From Octopus vulgaris (taxonomy: Eukaryota): DNA of 64,000 bases. Positions 1 to 13,250 of this stretch are shown here, piece by piece (within the stretch, counting starts at the first letter, position 1; the number at the start of each line of letters is the position of its first letter). The notes beneath the pieces were generated by a model that worked only from the letters and a program-made list of their open reading frames with translations, was not told the origin of the DNA and searched no databases. Location: assembly GCA_951406725.2 (NCBI GenBank), contig OX597823.1, positions 25,854,001-25,918,000 of the forward strand, written 5' to 3'. A program made the position numbers and the translations under genes.

Positions 1-19
1 TCATTCTAGTGATATTTTT

Positions 20-260
20 TGCCAAACTGCTAAGTTAGGGGAATGTAAGCAAACCAGCCTTAGTTATGCAGTGGGGGAAGAACAACATGGACACAAAGAC
101 ACACATACAACAGGCTTCCACACAGTTTCTGCTTATCTTACAAGGCATTGATTAGCCCAGAGCAATAGTGGAAGACACTATTCCAAGGTGCTGCACAGTG
201 GGACTGAACCCAAAACCACATGATTGCAAAGTGAGCTTCTAAACCACACAGTCATGCTTA
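20..260 (-). mobile_element. tRNA-derived SINE (family A), diverged copy
   Basis: Reverse-strand match to the better copy at 25484-25894 (cagtgggactgaaccc B-box region, caaggcattgattagccc central part, ctgctaagttagggga tail part). Confidence 0.7.
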
Positions 261-719
261 CTTCATTTAATTTGTTTTGCTTTGACTCATTTCCATTTAG
301 TGACAGCTATAGATAGAGCTCATTAAAAGTCACAATATCACTAAATATAGCCTTTCTCCAACTGATTATTATCATGAAAGATATGAAACTTAAGCTTAGA
401 TATGGGTAATATACATTCACTTTGATATATACTTTGTGATTTGTTTTTCAGTTTCATTATTTACATTAAATGCATTCTATTTCTAATACAAATTACTGAC
501 TAGTCTTACAACAATTACAATATACTGATACGTTTTGTGAAACATATATATATAGAGAGAGGTTAGTTGAGTTAGAGGTTATAATAACCATCTAAGGGAT
601 AAAAGTATCCAAAATACTACTGGTATATTACCTATATTTAAACATGAGTAAAAGTATTATGCTCATAAATTATAGGTAAAAACAAGGTTAAAAAAGAGTT
701 TATCAAGATTCAAAATTTT

Positions 720-830
720 CTGTTTTCTACCAAATCTACTCGAAGTTTTGACCAGCCTGAGACTATAGAAGAAGATACTTGCCCAAGATGTCACACAATC
801 AAACTGAACTTGAAACTATATGGTTGAGAA
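720..830 (-). mobile_element. SINE family A fragment
   Basis: ctaccaaatctactc...tatagaagaagatacttgcccaag matches family A body. Confidence 0.55.
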
Positions 831-864
831 TATATAAATATATATATATATATTATATTATATA

Positions 865-1205
865 ACTAAAAGGGTAAAGACCTCCTTTGGTCATGAATGA
901 CCATAAGATTGCACCTAGGAATTTCCCCTCCAAGGCATAAGTCCAGGCAAGGTTGTTTGTAGAAGACCAGCAGTCACCCATGCACACCGGCCTCCCCTCT
1001 TTGCATCTCCAATGTTGTCCAAGGGAAAGGCAAAGGCCGGTACACCTTTGCATTAGTGACATAACTAATTTCTACAGTTGAGTGAACTGAAGCAATGTGA
1101 AATAAAGTATCTTGCTCAAGAACAAAACACACAGCCTAGTCTGGAAATCAAAGTCACAACCTCATCAGGATTGTAAACCCAATGCCCTAATCACTGAGCT
1201 ATGTG
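865..1205 (-). mobile_element. tRNA-derived SINE with CORE-like central domain (family C)
   Basis: Minus strand starts with an A-box-like tagctcagtgattagg, then cttgagcaagatactttatttcacattgcttcagttcactcaactgtagaaa (CORE/MIR-like), and ends in a ctttaccctttt tail. Confidence 0.5.
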
Positions 1206-1209
1206 CTGT

Positions 1210-1310
1210 CATTCATTCATTCATACATACATACATGCATGCATACATACATACATACATGAATGCATGCATACTTACATACATACATACATACATGCAT
1301 ACATACATGT
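1210..1310. repeat. (CATT)n/(CATA)n microsatellite
   Basis: Direct reading. Confidence 0.9.
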
Positions 1311-1437
1311 ACTCACAGGTTATCCATATCTAATGGATACCAGTTGCATCTATAGAGTGACATCGTGTGTTGCTGAATACTGAAACATATGTAACAATTG
1401 GAATAAAGGAGTAGCAAGTTATGCCCATCTTCTCTTA

Positions 1438-2472
1438 TATCATCATCATTTAAGGTCCATTTTCCATGCTGGTACGGGTTGGATGATTAGACCAGGGCTG
1501 GCCAGCTGAAGAGCTACTCAGGCACCATATCTGTTTTGGCATAGTTTCTATGTGGCAGGTGCTTTTTATGTGGCACTGGCACCAATAAGCCTGCAAGATT
1601 AGGAACACTCAACTGAAGAGGGATGCAGGGGACATGTCTGTATGCATAGATGACCATGTATTTACTTAACTTGATGTGTCTTCTGAAGCACACCAGGAGT
1701 CTCAGTCCCCTGTCATCCCCTCCGTGAGGCCCAACATCTGAAGATCATTTCTCACCACTTCATCCCACAACTTCCTAGGTTTACCCCTTCCACATGTTCC
1801 CTCCACAATTAGAACTTGGAACTTCTTGATGAAACTGTCTTCATTCATATGCATTACATGACCATACCAGCGCAGCCTTCTCTCTTACACACTACATCTG
1901 ATGCCCCATATACCCAGATTTTCTCTCAAACCACTTACACTCTGTTGTATATGTACACTGACATTACTCATCCAGTGAAGCATACTGAAGCCTTTGCATG
2001 TCCTCAGTAGTCACAGCCCATGTTTCAATGCTATGTAGCATAGCTCTTTGTACACAGGCATCACAGAATCTGCGTTTCACTCTGAGGGAGAGGCCCTTCA
2101 TTACTAACAGAGGTAGTAGTTCTCTAAACTTTGCCCAGCTTATTCCCATTCTAGTGGCTATGCTTTTGGAACAACTGCCACCACTGCTAACTTGGTCACC
2201 TAAGTAACGGAAACTGTCAACTACTTCTAAGGATCTCCAATGACATTTGAGGGAGTCAATTTTTTGTACATTCTTTGTGTTTAATGTACCTGTACATCTT
2301 CCACATGTAAAAACTATTTTCTCTGTTAGTCTTCTAGCAATACCACTGCCCCTCTTATGTGTCCATAGCTTGCACTGAGTACACCATATGGAGTTTCTCC
2401 CAATGCCTTCTCTACATAGAGAGCAAGGCCATCTCCCAAATGGGATCTGTGACTTGTCCATTTTCCTAATTA
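1438..2472 (-). mobile_element. RTE-clade LINE, 5'-truncated copy (RT C-terminus with PHD finger and 3' tail)
   Basis: ORF 1964-2461 (GRWPCSLC...CTQCKLWTHKR...CGRC...LEVVDSFRYLG...AMLHSIETW); (ATC)n tail at ~1440. Confidence 0.9.
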
Positions 2473-3501
2473 GATATAAATATAACTATACCTGTGCTTT
2501 GCTTACAATTAGTCTTCATGATTGAAGAAACTATGGAAGTGATTGTATTTCTATGTTGCAGATGAACATATCTTGACTACCACAATGACAACAACCACCC
2601 AACATCCTTAGTCTACACTGCAGCAAGAGATAACTAAGCAAAGGAATTTTATAGTGGGAATGGGAATGTACAATTCTCTGAATCACTATCTTTACTATGA
2701 AGAAGATCCAGTGACAAGAGTCACCTAAAATAGTTGGTGTGTCCTCTCGACTTCAAGGGCCTGTCAGAAACCACCTTTTAGCTGTCTGCCACGGCTTGTT
2801 TTTCTTTCAGGGTATACTCTTCTCATCGTTGTTTTTTGGGGTTTTTCTGAACCCAGACATGAAATGGTAGGTCAATGCAGAGGTCCCTTCCACTATCTCC
2901 AAGGATCTCTATTTATCCCTTTCTTAGACACATGCTTTGACAAGAGCAGAAGGTCCAATCACTTGCAAGTGGCCTTATAATACTCATTCATGATCTGAAG
3001 TATTTATTTGTCTTGTATATTATTGGTAGATAGTCACTGACCCTAGCTGGGTTTCTCCATCCTTGCATTTGTCCTACTGAATTTGTCAGCTATTCTCATC
3101 ACCAGATTAACCTGGTAAGATGGGAGTACTGGTTTGGTCACCTGTGACCAATTGTATTGTAGTAGATTACAAAACACTGGTAATACTTGGAGTGACCTGA
3201 GGCGTACATTACATACACACAGTCAATAACTCACAAAGAATCCTTATAAAACTCATTCATCCTTTTATAAACATACAAACAATGGGTATTAAAGATACAA
3301 TCACTGTTCTATGAAGATACAGAGAATGCTTTTTTTTTTTAAATACTTACTCTCTCTCTCATACAGATACACATACCACATAAGATGAGAATCAAAACTA
3401 ATAGATGAAAACATTGCACTAAAATTCAAAAGCCTAGTGTACATTACAAGCATTTGACACGGTATTTGAAAATGAAAAATGACCAACAATAATAACATTA
3501 T

Positions 3502-3533
<32 letters not shown>

Positions 3534-4074
3534 TACTATTAACAATGCTAAGGTTTTGTTATATATCAAATACAAACTTAACAAAAACGTATTCTACCTG
3601 AACAAAAGAAAAAGAAAATAATTGAAATAAATGGTTATAAATAAAACTGCATAGTCATCCTGTGTTACATTACCTCAGCTGTTAAATTGGAACTGCATCA
3701 CAAGAGATGACAAACACAACAAACAATTATGTGGAAGGGACAAAAGTAAAAAAAGAAAATGGAATATAATGATATAAAGTATTAATTATTATATTTTAGA
3801 TAAAACAAATTCAAGAACTTCCGTTGTTTGTTTCATTGATGACAGGAAGAGAAGTAGAGTCCATGACCTTCACATATAAGCGCCACCACCCACCTCTGAG
3901 AGGTGAGAATGGTGTGAAATGAGTAACACTCAGTTTGAGCATCTGTAAGTCAATATATCTTTTTTTCCCAAAATTAAGTGGATGTTAAATCAAATAAATT
4001 ATAAATATGATACAGAATCCAAAAGCAGGCATCTCATCTTTAATTGAACAGCAGTTAAGTCATTTGAGTTTGAA

Positions 4075-4212
4075 AGGGCATCCAGCTGTAGAAACCATGC
4101 CAGAACAGACATAGCGCCTGAACAGCCCTTCAGTTGGCCAGTTCCTGTCAAATCGTACAACCCATGCCAGCATGGAAAGTGGATGTTAAATGATGACGAT
4201 GATAACGATGAT
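4075..4212 (+). mobile_element. RTE 3'-tail fragment
   Basis: gaagggcatccagctgtagaaaccatgcc...aacccatgccagcatggaaagtggatgttaaatgatgacgatgat. Confidence 0.8.
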
Positions 4213-4269
4213 GTAATATTAATATATTTTATATATTATTATGATGAATTAATGATAGCTTTTAATTTT

Positions 4270-5600
4270 GGTACATGGAAGCAATGTCTAGAACTGAAGG
4301 GCCTTAGAGTTAACCAAGCAAAAACCAAAGTCTTAGTAAGTAGGAAAGCAGACAAATCACAAATTTCTTCAGGTAGATGGCCCAGCTCAACCTATAGAAA
4401 AAGCAGAGGTACAAACTCCATAAGACATACCCAGTGTAAGCTATGGACACATGAGAGGTGCAGCAATATCAGAGGAAGGTAAACAAGGAAAATAGCTTTT
4501 CTGTGTAGAAGAAGGACAAGTACAATAAACACTGAAAATGTACAGAAAATAGACTCCATCAACTGCCAGTGAGGTAAATAGAGGTAGTATATAGCTTCCA
4601 TTATCTAGGTGACCAAGTTAGTAGTGGAGGTGGATGCTCCAAGAGAGTAGCCATGAGAATAAGAATAGGTTAGGCAAAGTTCAGATAGCTCCTACCTCTG
4701 CTGGCAACAAAGGGCCTCTCCCTCAGAGTGAAAGGCAGATTGTATGATGCACATGTGCAAACAGCTATGCTACACGGCAGTGAAACATGAGCTGTGACAG
4801 ACAAGGACATACGTAGGCTTGAAAGAAATGAAGCAAGTAGGTTTCACTGGATGTGCAATGTCAGTGTGCATGTTCGACAGAGTGTAAGCATCTTGAGAAA
4901 AATGTTGGGCATAAGAGGCATCAGATATGGTGTGCAAGAGAGTTGACTGTGCTGGTATCATCATGTGATGTGTATAGACAAGGACAGCTATGTAAAGAAG
5001 TGCCTATCTCTAATTGTGGAGGGATTCTGTGGTAGAGGTAGACCCAAGAAGTCATAGGACAAGGTGGTGGTCTTCAAACTTTGGGCCTCATAGAGGTAAT
5101 GACTAGTGACTGAGACCTCTGGCAATATGCTGTGCTTGAGAAGACCCATCAAGCAAAGTGAAATCATAATTGTGACTAATGCTGGTGTCATGTAACTGGC
5201 ACCCATGCCAATGGCACATAAAAAGCACCTTTTGAGCATTAAGCCTCACAGAGGCAAGGTGGCCAATGCCGGTGGCACATGAAAAGCACCTTTCATGTGT
5301 TGGGCCTCAGAGAGGCAATGATGAATGACTTTGGCATTATGTTGTGCTTGTGAAAAAGACCCATCAAGCCAAATAAAACCACAGTTGTGGTAGATACTGG
5401 TGTAATGCAAATGGCACCAGTGCTGGTCGCACATAAAAACACCCATTACACTTTCAGAATGGTTGGCGTTAGGAAGGGCATCCAGCCATAGAAACCATGC
5501 CAAATCAGACAGGAGCCTGGTACAGCTTCCAGTTTGCTAGCCCTGGTCAAATCGTCCAACCCATGCCAATATGAACAATGGATGTTAAGTGATGATGATT
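4270..5600 (+). mobile_element. RTE-clade LINE, 5'-truncated copy
   Basis: WKQCLELKGLRVNQAKTKVL in ORF 4183-4482, degenerate PHD, family 3' UTR and (TGA)n tail. Confidence 0.9.
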
Positions 5601-6984
5601 AATGCTTATTAAATTGACCTTACAATGTAACTGGTACTTGTTTTTATCACACTCAAACGGGGGAAAATTTTAAATTGATCCTTAATTATTAAAAAAAATT
5701 TTTTTTATTCTACAGCTAATGAACAAAAGCACCATTGATTACAAGTTTCCAACAGGCAAACCATTCATTGACTGTTTTTCTAGTGATTAGAGTAACCAGG
5801 CTGCATCTAACTTGATGTAAAACAACCAAGTTAATAAAATAGGGGTTGCCAATACACATTGCATGTACACACACATCATATATGCATGTATGTACATATA
5901 TATGTATGTATGTATATATATATTGAATAATACAGTTATGGAGACTCACATACACTGATCGCCACACTTCTGTTGTAAGTCTAGTGCCCACAGCACCATC
6001 AATTTGTGATCGATGGTGCTATGAGTACCAAACTTATGACATATACAGACAGACATATAGATTGATAGATAGATAGATGTAAAGATATATGATGGACTTC
6101 TGTACAGTTTTTGTCAAACAAAAGCCAATCACAAAGTATTGGCCAACCCAAGTCTATGATAGAAGATGGTTATTCAAATGGTACACAGTGAAATAGAACC
6201 TAGAACCATGTAAATGAAAGTAAGCAGCTAGAATAAAGTAGTGTATTCCAAGTCCTACTGGTTCTGATGTCTGACATTTTTGATACAAGTTGGAAGTATG
6301 ATTTTTTTTTATATTTAAATAATTAGTTATCCCATAATAATATTTCAATAAAACAAAAGAGAAAAACGATATTTAAAAGTTAATATATGTAACATTTCTA
6401 CAATTTCTATCATAGTTTTTTTTTATTCTTTCTGTAACACTGTCCATTCGTAAAACATTCATCAATGTACTGGAGGACAGCATCAAAGTGACATATGGGC
6501 ATCGGGGACAAAACAGCCACCATCAAATGAAAAAGAAGGTCCTCACAAAAAATATACTAAAATGATGAAAACAAGAATAACTTCAATTCTAAGTTTGTAA
6601 AACAACTATGCAAAACAAACAAAAACTGATGACTATACAAGGTCTTAACAATATGATTATGCAAAACTGAAGTGTACTTCACTGAATATTTATGGATATA
6701 AATGTCATGAATCATGCATGTACACACAAACATGCATGTGCAAGCATTTATGCAAAATTGAATAATTTAAATATCCAATTATGTGTATTAATAAATACAT
6801 TAATCATCATTGCTGTATACATATGAATAATTTTAAATACACTGATATATGCAATGATGAAGATGTAGACATATCATCACTGCTGCATCTAAATAACTGT
6901 TATTTCAAAAAAAAAAAAAAAACACCTGATGGTTTATAAACATTTAAATTTTGATTTCAATAATGTTGTGGGTAAAGTCAGGGA

Positions 6985-7145
6985 TAAGTTGATTACATTG
7001 ACGCCCAGTGCTCAACTGGTATTGTTTTTATCAATACCAAAAGGATGAAAGACAAAGTCAACCTCAGCAGAATTTGAACTCAGAATGTAAAGATGGATGA
7101 ATGCTACTCAGCATTTTTGCCTGCCGTGCTAATGTTTCTGGCATG
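6985..7145 (-). mobile_element. SINE family B (Meta-domain-like), diverged
   Basis: aaaggatgaaagacaaagtcaacctcagcagaatttgaactcagaa matches copy 34409-34637. Confidence 0.65.
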
Positions 7146-7213
7146 CTATGATAAACATATATAATATATATGAATATGATATAATATAATATACACATAT
7201 ATGATATATATGC

Positions 7214-7245
<32 letters not shown>

Positions 7246-7337
7246 CATACATATATGATAAATATATGTGTGTGTGTGTGCTATATAGGATATGTATTAT
7301 ATATATATATATATTCTCTAGTTTCAGCTCAGAGCTA

Positions 7338-7804
7338 TGAGAATTAAAATAGTAAAAAAAGGGGGAAATTACGGTTTCTCAGACCTTTAAACAATCTTCC
7401 ATCCAGGTTTCGAAACCGCAGCTCCAAATCACCACACAAACACAAGATGCTGACATCACCCACATCCAGTCCAACGAAATTCCACAAACACCAGTTGCTG
7501 ACGTCACATAATTCCAAACCAATCAAAATCGAACTTCAACGAATACAACGAAAAGACCCTTTAAGAGAACCAACCAGCCAGAATGACCTATAACCATATC
7601 TTGCAAGGAAACCAACCAATCAGAACAAACTTGACCACGGAAGAAAAATGTCATCAATTTTTTAACAAATCAAAATCAGATCCACTTGCAGAAAAAAATT
7701 TATAAATACATCTTTCCCTAAAACATACCATTGCAAGGGGAAGCGACTGTTTAAAGATCTGAGAAACCGTAATTTCCCCCTTTTTTTTACTATTTTAATT
7801 CTCA
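7338..7804. mobile_element. Element bounded by ~63-bp inverted repeats (MITE or Penelope-like inverted pLTR)
   Basis: 7338-7400 tgagaattaaaatagtaaaaaaagggggaaattacggtttctcagacctttaaaca is the near-perfect reverse complement of 7739-7804; two internal ~48-bp imperfect direct repeats. Confidence 0.65.
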
Positions 7805-8825
7805 CACTAGTTTTTTTCAGTATGACTTGTTGACCACCACTGAAATTAATGAACCTTGTACATTCTAAGAAATTAATATACAGTTTTAATTTCAAACTTA
7901 CATCTTCTGTTTTGAACATGATAATTTATCAACATTGAAACATTTCAGTTTGTCAAGATTGAAACATTTTGATTTATCAACATTGAAACTTATAACGATG
8001 TTTTTCTAATTTTGCACTTTTACCATTGATAAACAAAAAATATTGTTGAAACTAGTTTAGTATATATGTAAATAAATGTATTTTAAACATTTATGAGCTT
8101 TTGAAATTTAAGTACATTATCAACAACACATTTTCCTATATTTTTTTCCTGCATGGAAACACCACTCCCTCTTTTGCTATATATATAAACCCATACACAC
8201 ATCATCATCAGCAGCAGCATTATCCTCATAATCAATTTAATTTCACTTTTCTTCAACACTGACATAGCTTTGGCAAGTTTGCAATAAAGTATATCTGCAA
8301 TACTTTCTAGATTGGTTTTCCTCGCTTTTATGCCCAGATCTGACCTCATTATTTCTTCTTCATAAAAATGTCTCAGATCTGATACCTACACTTTTCCCAA
8401 TATAACTGTATCAGAGCTTCTTCTTTACATTTTTGTGTGTGTGCATATGTACGTGTGCATGAGAAAGATGAAGAGAGAGAGAGAGAGAGAGAAGAGCTAG
8501 GGAGAGACAGACAGGCAGAGCATATATGTATAGATAGATAGAATGTTATGTACACTATCTGAATTTGAAATTAGATACAACAAAAACATTGTCGACAAAT
8601 GACTACATGAAACTTGCAATTTCTATAACTATTTTATTGCGCATGTGTGTGTGTGTGAGTGCATATTTAGCACAGGTGTGGTTGTGTCATTAGTTCATGC
8701 CACAACCACCTGGTTTCAGGTTTAGTTCCACTATGCAAGTCACCTTAACCTTAACATTTATGTTATGATTTTACCAAGATTAAGTGCAGGGAAAGCAGTA
8801 GAATCATCACTGATCAAATTAATTT

Positions 8826-11800
8826 ACATCATCATCATCATTGTTTAACATCTACTTTCCATGCTAGCATGGGTTAGATGATTTGACTGATGACTGGCAA
8901 CTCACATGGCTGCACCAGGCTCCAATCTGATCTGGCAGAGTTTCTACAGCTGGATGCCCTTCCCAATGCCAACAGCTCCAAGAGTGTAGTGGGTGCTTTT
9001 ACGTGCCACTGGCACAAGGGCCAGTCAGGTGGTACTGGCAATGGCCACATTCAAATGGTGCTTTTTACATGCCACCTGCACAGGAGCCAGTCCAGCTGCA
9101 CTGGCAACGACCTCACTCAAATGTTTTTTAATGTGCCAGCAGCATTTTTACATGCCACTGGCATAGAAGCCAGTCAGCTGCTCTGGCAACGATCATGCTC
9201 AGATGGTGCCCTTAGTGCTCCACTGGCACAGGTGCCACTCATCAAAGTTGATTCGATTTTGATTTCACTTGCCTCAACAGGTCTTTGTAAACAGAGTTTA
9301 GTGTCCAATGAAGGAAAGGTACACATAAGTGGGCTGGTTACACCCCTGGCATAGGCCACTTGGCTTGCCAGGTCCTCTCACACACTGCATATTTCCAAAG
9401 GTCTCGGTCACTAGTCATTGCCTCAGTGAGGCCTAATGTTTGAAGGTTGTGCTTCACTGCCTCATCCCAGGTCTTCCTGAGTCTACCTCTTCCACAGATT
9501 CCCTCAACCGCTAGGGTGTGGCACTTTTTCACACAGCTATCCTCATCCATTCTCGCCACATGACCATTCCAGTGCAGTCGTCTCTCTTGCACACCACATC
9601 TGATGCTTCTCGGGCCCAACTTTTCTCTCAAGGTACTTACACTCTGTCGAGTATGCACACTGACATTACACATCCATCGGAGCATACTGGCTTCATTTCT
9701 TGCGAGCTTACGCATGTCCTCAGCAGTCATGGCCCATGTTTGACTGCTATGTAGCATGGCTGTTCATACACATGCGTCATACAGTCTACCTTTTACTCTG
9801 AGCGAGAGGCCCTTTGTCACCAGCAGAGGTAAGAGCTCTCTGAACTTTGCCCAGGCTTTTCTTATTCTAGCAGCTATACTTTCAGTGCACCCTGCCCAGC
9901 TATTGACTTGGTCACCTAGGTAACAGAAGCTATCAACTACTTCTAGTTTTTCTCCCTGGAATGTGGCGGAAGTTGTTCTCTGCACATTTTCAGTGTTTAT
10001 TGCTCCTGAGCATCTGCCACATACAAAAACTATCTTCCCAGTTAGCCTTCCTTTGATATTGCTGCACCACTTATGTGTCCATAGCTTACACCAGGTACAT
10101 CTTATATAGTTTCTATCTATGCCTTTTCTACAGATGAAACAGGGCCATCTACCTGAAGGGATTTATAGTTTGTCTGCCTTCCTACTTATTAGGACTTTGG
10201 TTTTAGCTAGGTTGACTCTAAGGCCCTTCAATTCTAATCCTTGTTTCCACACTTGAAACTTCTCCTCTAGTTCTGATAGTGACTCAGCAATTATAGCAAG
10301 GTCATCAGCATAGAGGAGCTTCCAGGGGCATCCTGTCTTGAATTCCTCTGTTATTGCCTGGAGGACTATGATAAATAGAAGGGGGCTGAGGACTGAACCT
10401 TGGTGGACCCCTACCTCTACCCTGAATTCTTCAGTGTACTTCTTGCCAACTCTCACCTTACTTACAGTGTGCCTGTACATGGCTTGCACAGCTCTCACTA
10501 ACTATTCATCTATCCCTAGTTTCCTCATTGACCACCAGATAAGGGATCAGGGGACTCTGTCAAAGGCTTTTTTCATGTCAACAAAAGCCAGGTAAAGAGG
10601 TTTATCTTTGGCTAAGTATTTCTCCTGCAGCTGTCTTACTAGAAATATAGCATCAGTGGTGCTTTTCCCTGGCACAAACCCAAACTGCATCTCATCTAAA
10701 CTGACTCTCTCCCTAATTAGTTGGGCTATGACCCTCTCTGTGACCTTCATTACCTGATCCAACAACTTGATACCTCTGTAATTATTTGTATCTAAAGCAT
10801 CACCTTTACCTTTGTAGCAATTGACTATAGTGCTGCTACACCAATCATTCAGTATGACTCCTTTGTGTATCACCTGGTTAACTATACGAGTGACTAGGCT
10901 AATGCCAACACTGCCAGATATTTTGAGCATCTCTGCAGTGAATCCTGATGGGTTGGGGGCTTTCCCTGTCTTCATACTCTTAATTGCTTTATCTACCAAG
11001 GCACTGTCAATTTGGATAGCTGGTCCCTCTGTTGGGTTAACATTCGGCAGACTCTCTTTCTGCCATTCACTATATCCTCTTCTATTTCGTCAAAGCTTCG
11101 AGTAATATGTCTCTAAATCTTTGTCCATTTGTAGGATCTTTAAGCTTCTAGACCCTTCTCCTCCATGCTGGTCGTCTTCTGGGCATCCACTTAGCCCTGA
11201 TCCTACCAGTCACTAACTACCAGTCTATGTTGTGGGGTACATCCTTTGCCTGGGAAGGTTTTGGCATTTATAAGCAGCCATCTTTCCCTTTTTCTGACAA
11301 GGATGTAGTCAATTTGGCTAGTGTGTCTGTCAGAATGGTAGGTGACTAGGTGACTGGCAAGTTTCCTGATGTTAGCATTGCAAACCATAAGATTGTTTGC
11401 ATTGCAGAACTCCAGCAGCCTGGTTCCCTCCTCATTGTGGGAACCAAAACCATAGCCTCCATGTACACCATGGAAGCCCCCTGTATGTCGTCCATGTCCA
11501 TTGAAGTCACCAGCCACAAAGAGAAGGTCCGTGTCATTCGTCAACAAGGTAGTCTGCAAGAGGATGTCATAAAATTGGTTTTTCTGTCCATCGTGCAGCC
11601 CCAGCTGAGGAGCATAGTCTGAGATAATGGTTGCTAACCCATGATGAAGCACTAATCTAATCTTAAGTATTCTGTCGCATACTCTGACTACCTTGATTAC
11701 CTTATCAACCCATTTCCCCGCATGAAGTATACCCACGCCCCCGACCTCATCAGCATTCCCTGCCCAGAAAATCTGGTACCTGTGTTCTTTGCCGTGAGGA

Positions 11801-11990
11801 ACCTAGCGGAACCGCCTCTCCACCTTACTTCTTGGAGGCAGCACAAATCGACACATCTCCGTTCAAGCATCTCAACAGTCTCACTGGACCTACCTTTCAG
11901 TGTGCCAACGTTGAGAGTGCCAACCCTGAGGGTTTGGAAGGTGTAGGCCCTTGAGACCCTGGGACGGGGGACAGCAGCTTAATGTACTTG
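8826..11990 (-). mobile_element. RTE-clade LINE, near full-length but disrupted (APE endonuclease, RT, PHD finger, 3' UTR)
   Basis: APE: LRVGTLNVGTLKG...CCLQEVRW, AGDFNGH, SQIDYILV, QHRLVV (11203-11950). RT: GKAP, NYRGIKLL, QFGF, AFVDMKKAFDRVP, GVHQGSVLSPLLF, LLYADD (10163-10999). C-terminal RLHWNGHVARM. (ATC)n tail at 8826. Frameshifts, stops and an internal deletion near 11070-11100. Confidence 0.95.
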
Positions 11991-12559
11991 AAAAGAAAGC
12001 TCGCATTTGGCAGAATTCATAAACAAACAATAGCTTTCAATTCAACCTGCATACACTTCACCATCATATTTATGCACTATATGATCACTACCTTACATAG
12101 GAGATAAACCGTAAATAGGGGTGGGGATGGCGTAAAGCCTTTAGAAGTGTTTATGAGAGACAACCAAAGGATGATAGACTATAGGAACTTCCGGTACAAG
12201 TGGAGGGGGCAGACATACCGTGAACTATCAAATTTACACAAGAGCATCTTCTGGATATGTATTCTTTCGGCGGAGGTATTTAAAAAAATCGAGTAGGGGG
12301 AATCCAAGTTCATGCACTAGTTTATATAGCGTGGGGATGGAAGAGGAAGTCTTGGCAAAGCAAGCGGTAATCGAGAGAGAGAGAAACAGACAGACAGTCA
12401 GTGAGGCCAAGAGAGAGAGATGGAGTACCAGAGTTAAGATGGTCAGAACATGAGGGAGAAAAATATTCTTTTGGGATTTGGGTAGCATAAATTAACGAAA
12501 CAGCAAATGTTGATAATAGTAAAATAGAATTTTACATAATGATACAAAAGAATTAGACT

Positions 12560-13250
12560 TGTTCAGGCTTCGGGTAAAGTTAGAAATGTAGCTTTCAGTT
12601 CAATTATTTTCCATATAAATTCAGTTAGGATTATTTGTTGATTTTGAAAATTGTGTGGTTGAAAGAAATTAACCTTTCAGAATGTCTGTTAAGAAAAGTA
12701 ACCTTAGTAAAGATTTCATATGCTTTCATAGTACAAAGGTAACAGGGTTTTCTATTGTCAGAGTAAGATTTGGCCATGGTAAAGATTCTCCAATTTAGGT
12801 TAGAGGGTGTATTTTTATTCTTCAATCCCCAGATGCAGTTTGAAAGAAATGTGGTATTGCAACCAGTAGCATTTATAAGAGGTGAGTTAACCATTTTGGG
12901 ATTACATTGGTACACAATATCCTTATTGAACCAGTAAGAGTTCAGAACATACAGAAGAGTCAGTACATTTGCAATTATTAGGATGAGTGGAGAAAGGACT
13001 GACTTAGTTAATAATGCTATTTTCGTATTACTCTATAATAAAATTTTGATACATTACTATGGGAAGTGATTTTGTTTTTTTTAAGTACAAAGAAGAAACT
13101 TTTAGCTGTGAGTGTAGCTTCTTCTAGAACATAAGCTAGATTGAACAAGCCTATGTTCCTTTTCTTGTTTCTATGGTGAGCTATCTTCAGTATGAGTTCA
13201 GTATATGTAATTTTCTTCTTGAAACCATGTCTTTAAAAAGTTCATTATAA
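12560..13250 (-). mobile_element. Penelope-like element remnant (GIY-YIG endonuclease C-terminal region)
   Basis: ORF 12631-12915 TFLSNCIWGLKNK...NWRI...AKSYSDNRKPCYLCTMKAYEI...LNRHSE resembles the PLE endonuclease tail pattern LSxxIWxLK...W.I...C.LC..EK..I...LN.RSE; boundaries approximate. Confidence 0.65.

Noticed and set aside
6375-6525. Short minus-strand ORF MVAVLSPMPICHFDAVLQYIDECF...
   Set aside because: Under 60 aa with no recognisable motif or splice support
8083-8390. Minus-strand ORF (SDLRHFYEEEIMRSDLGIKARK...) as a host exon
   Set aside because: No recognisable homology, weak acceptor and no clear donor; cannot be supported without transcripts
8826-11990. Active autonomous LINE
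   Set aside because: ORF is broken by frameshifts, stops and an internal deletion
11990-12490. HDV-like ribozyme in the RTE 5' region
   Set aside because: Known for some RTE elements, but I could not identify the nested double pseudoknot by eye and the element's 5' boundary is unclear; a descriptor search would be needed
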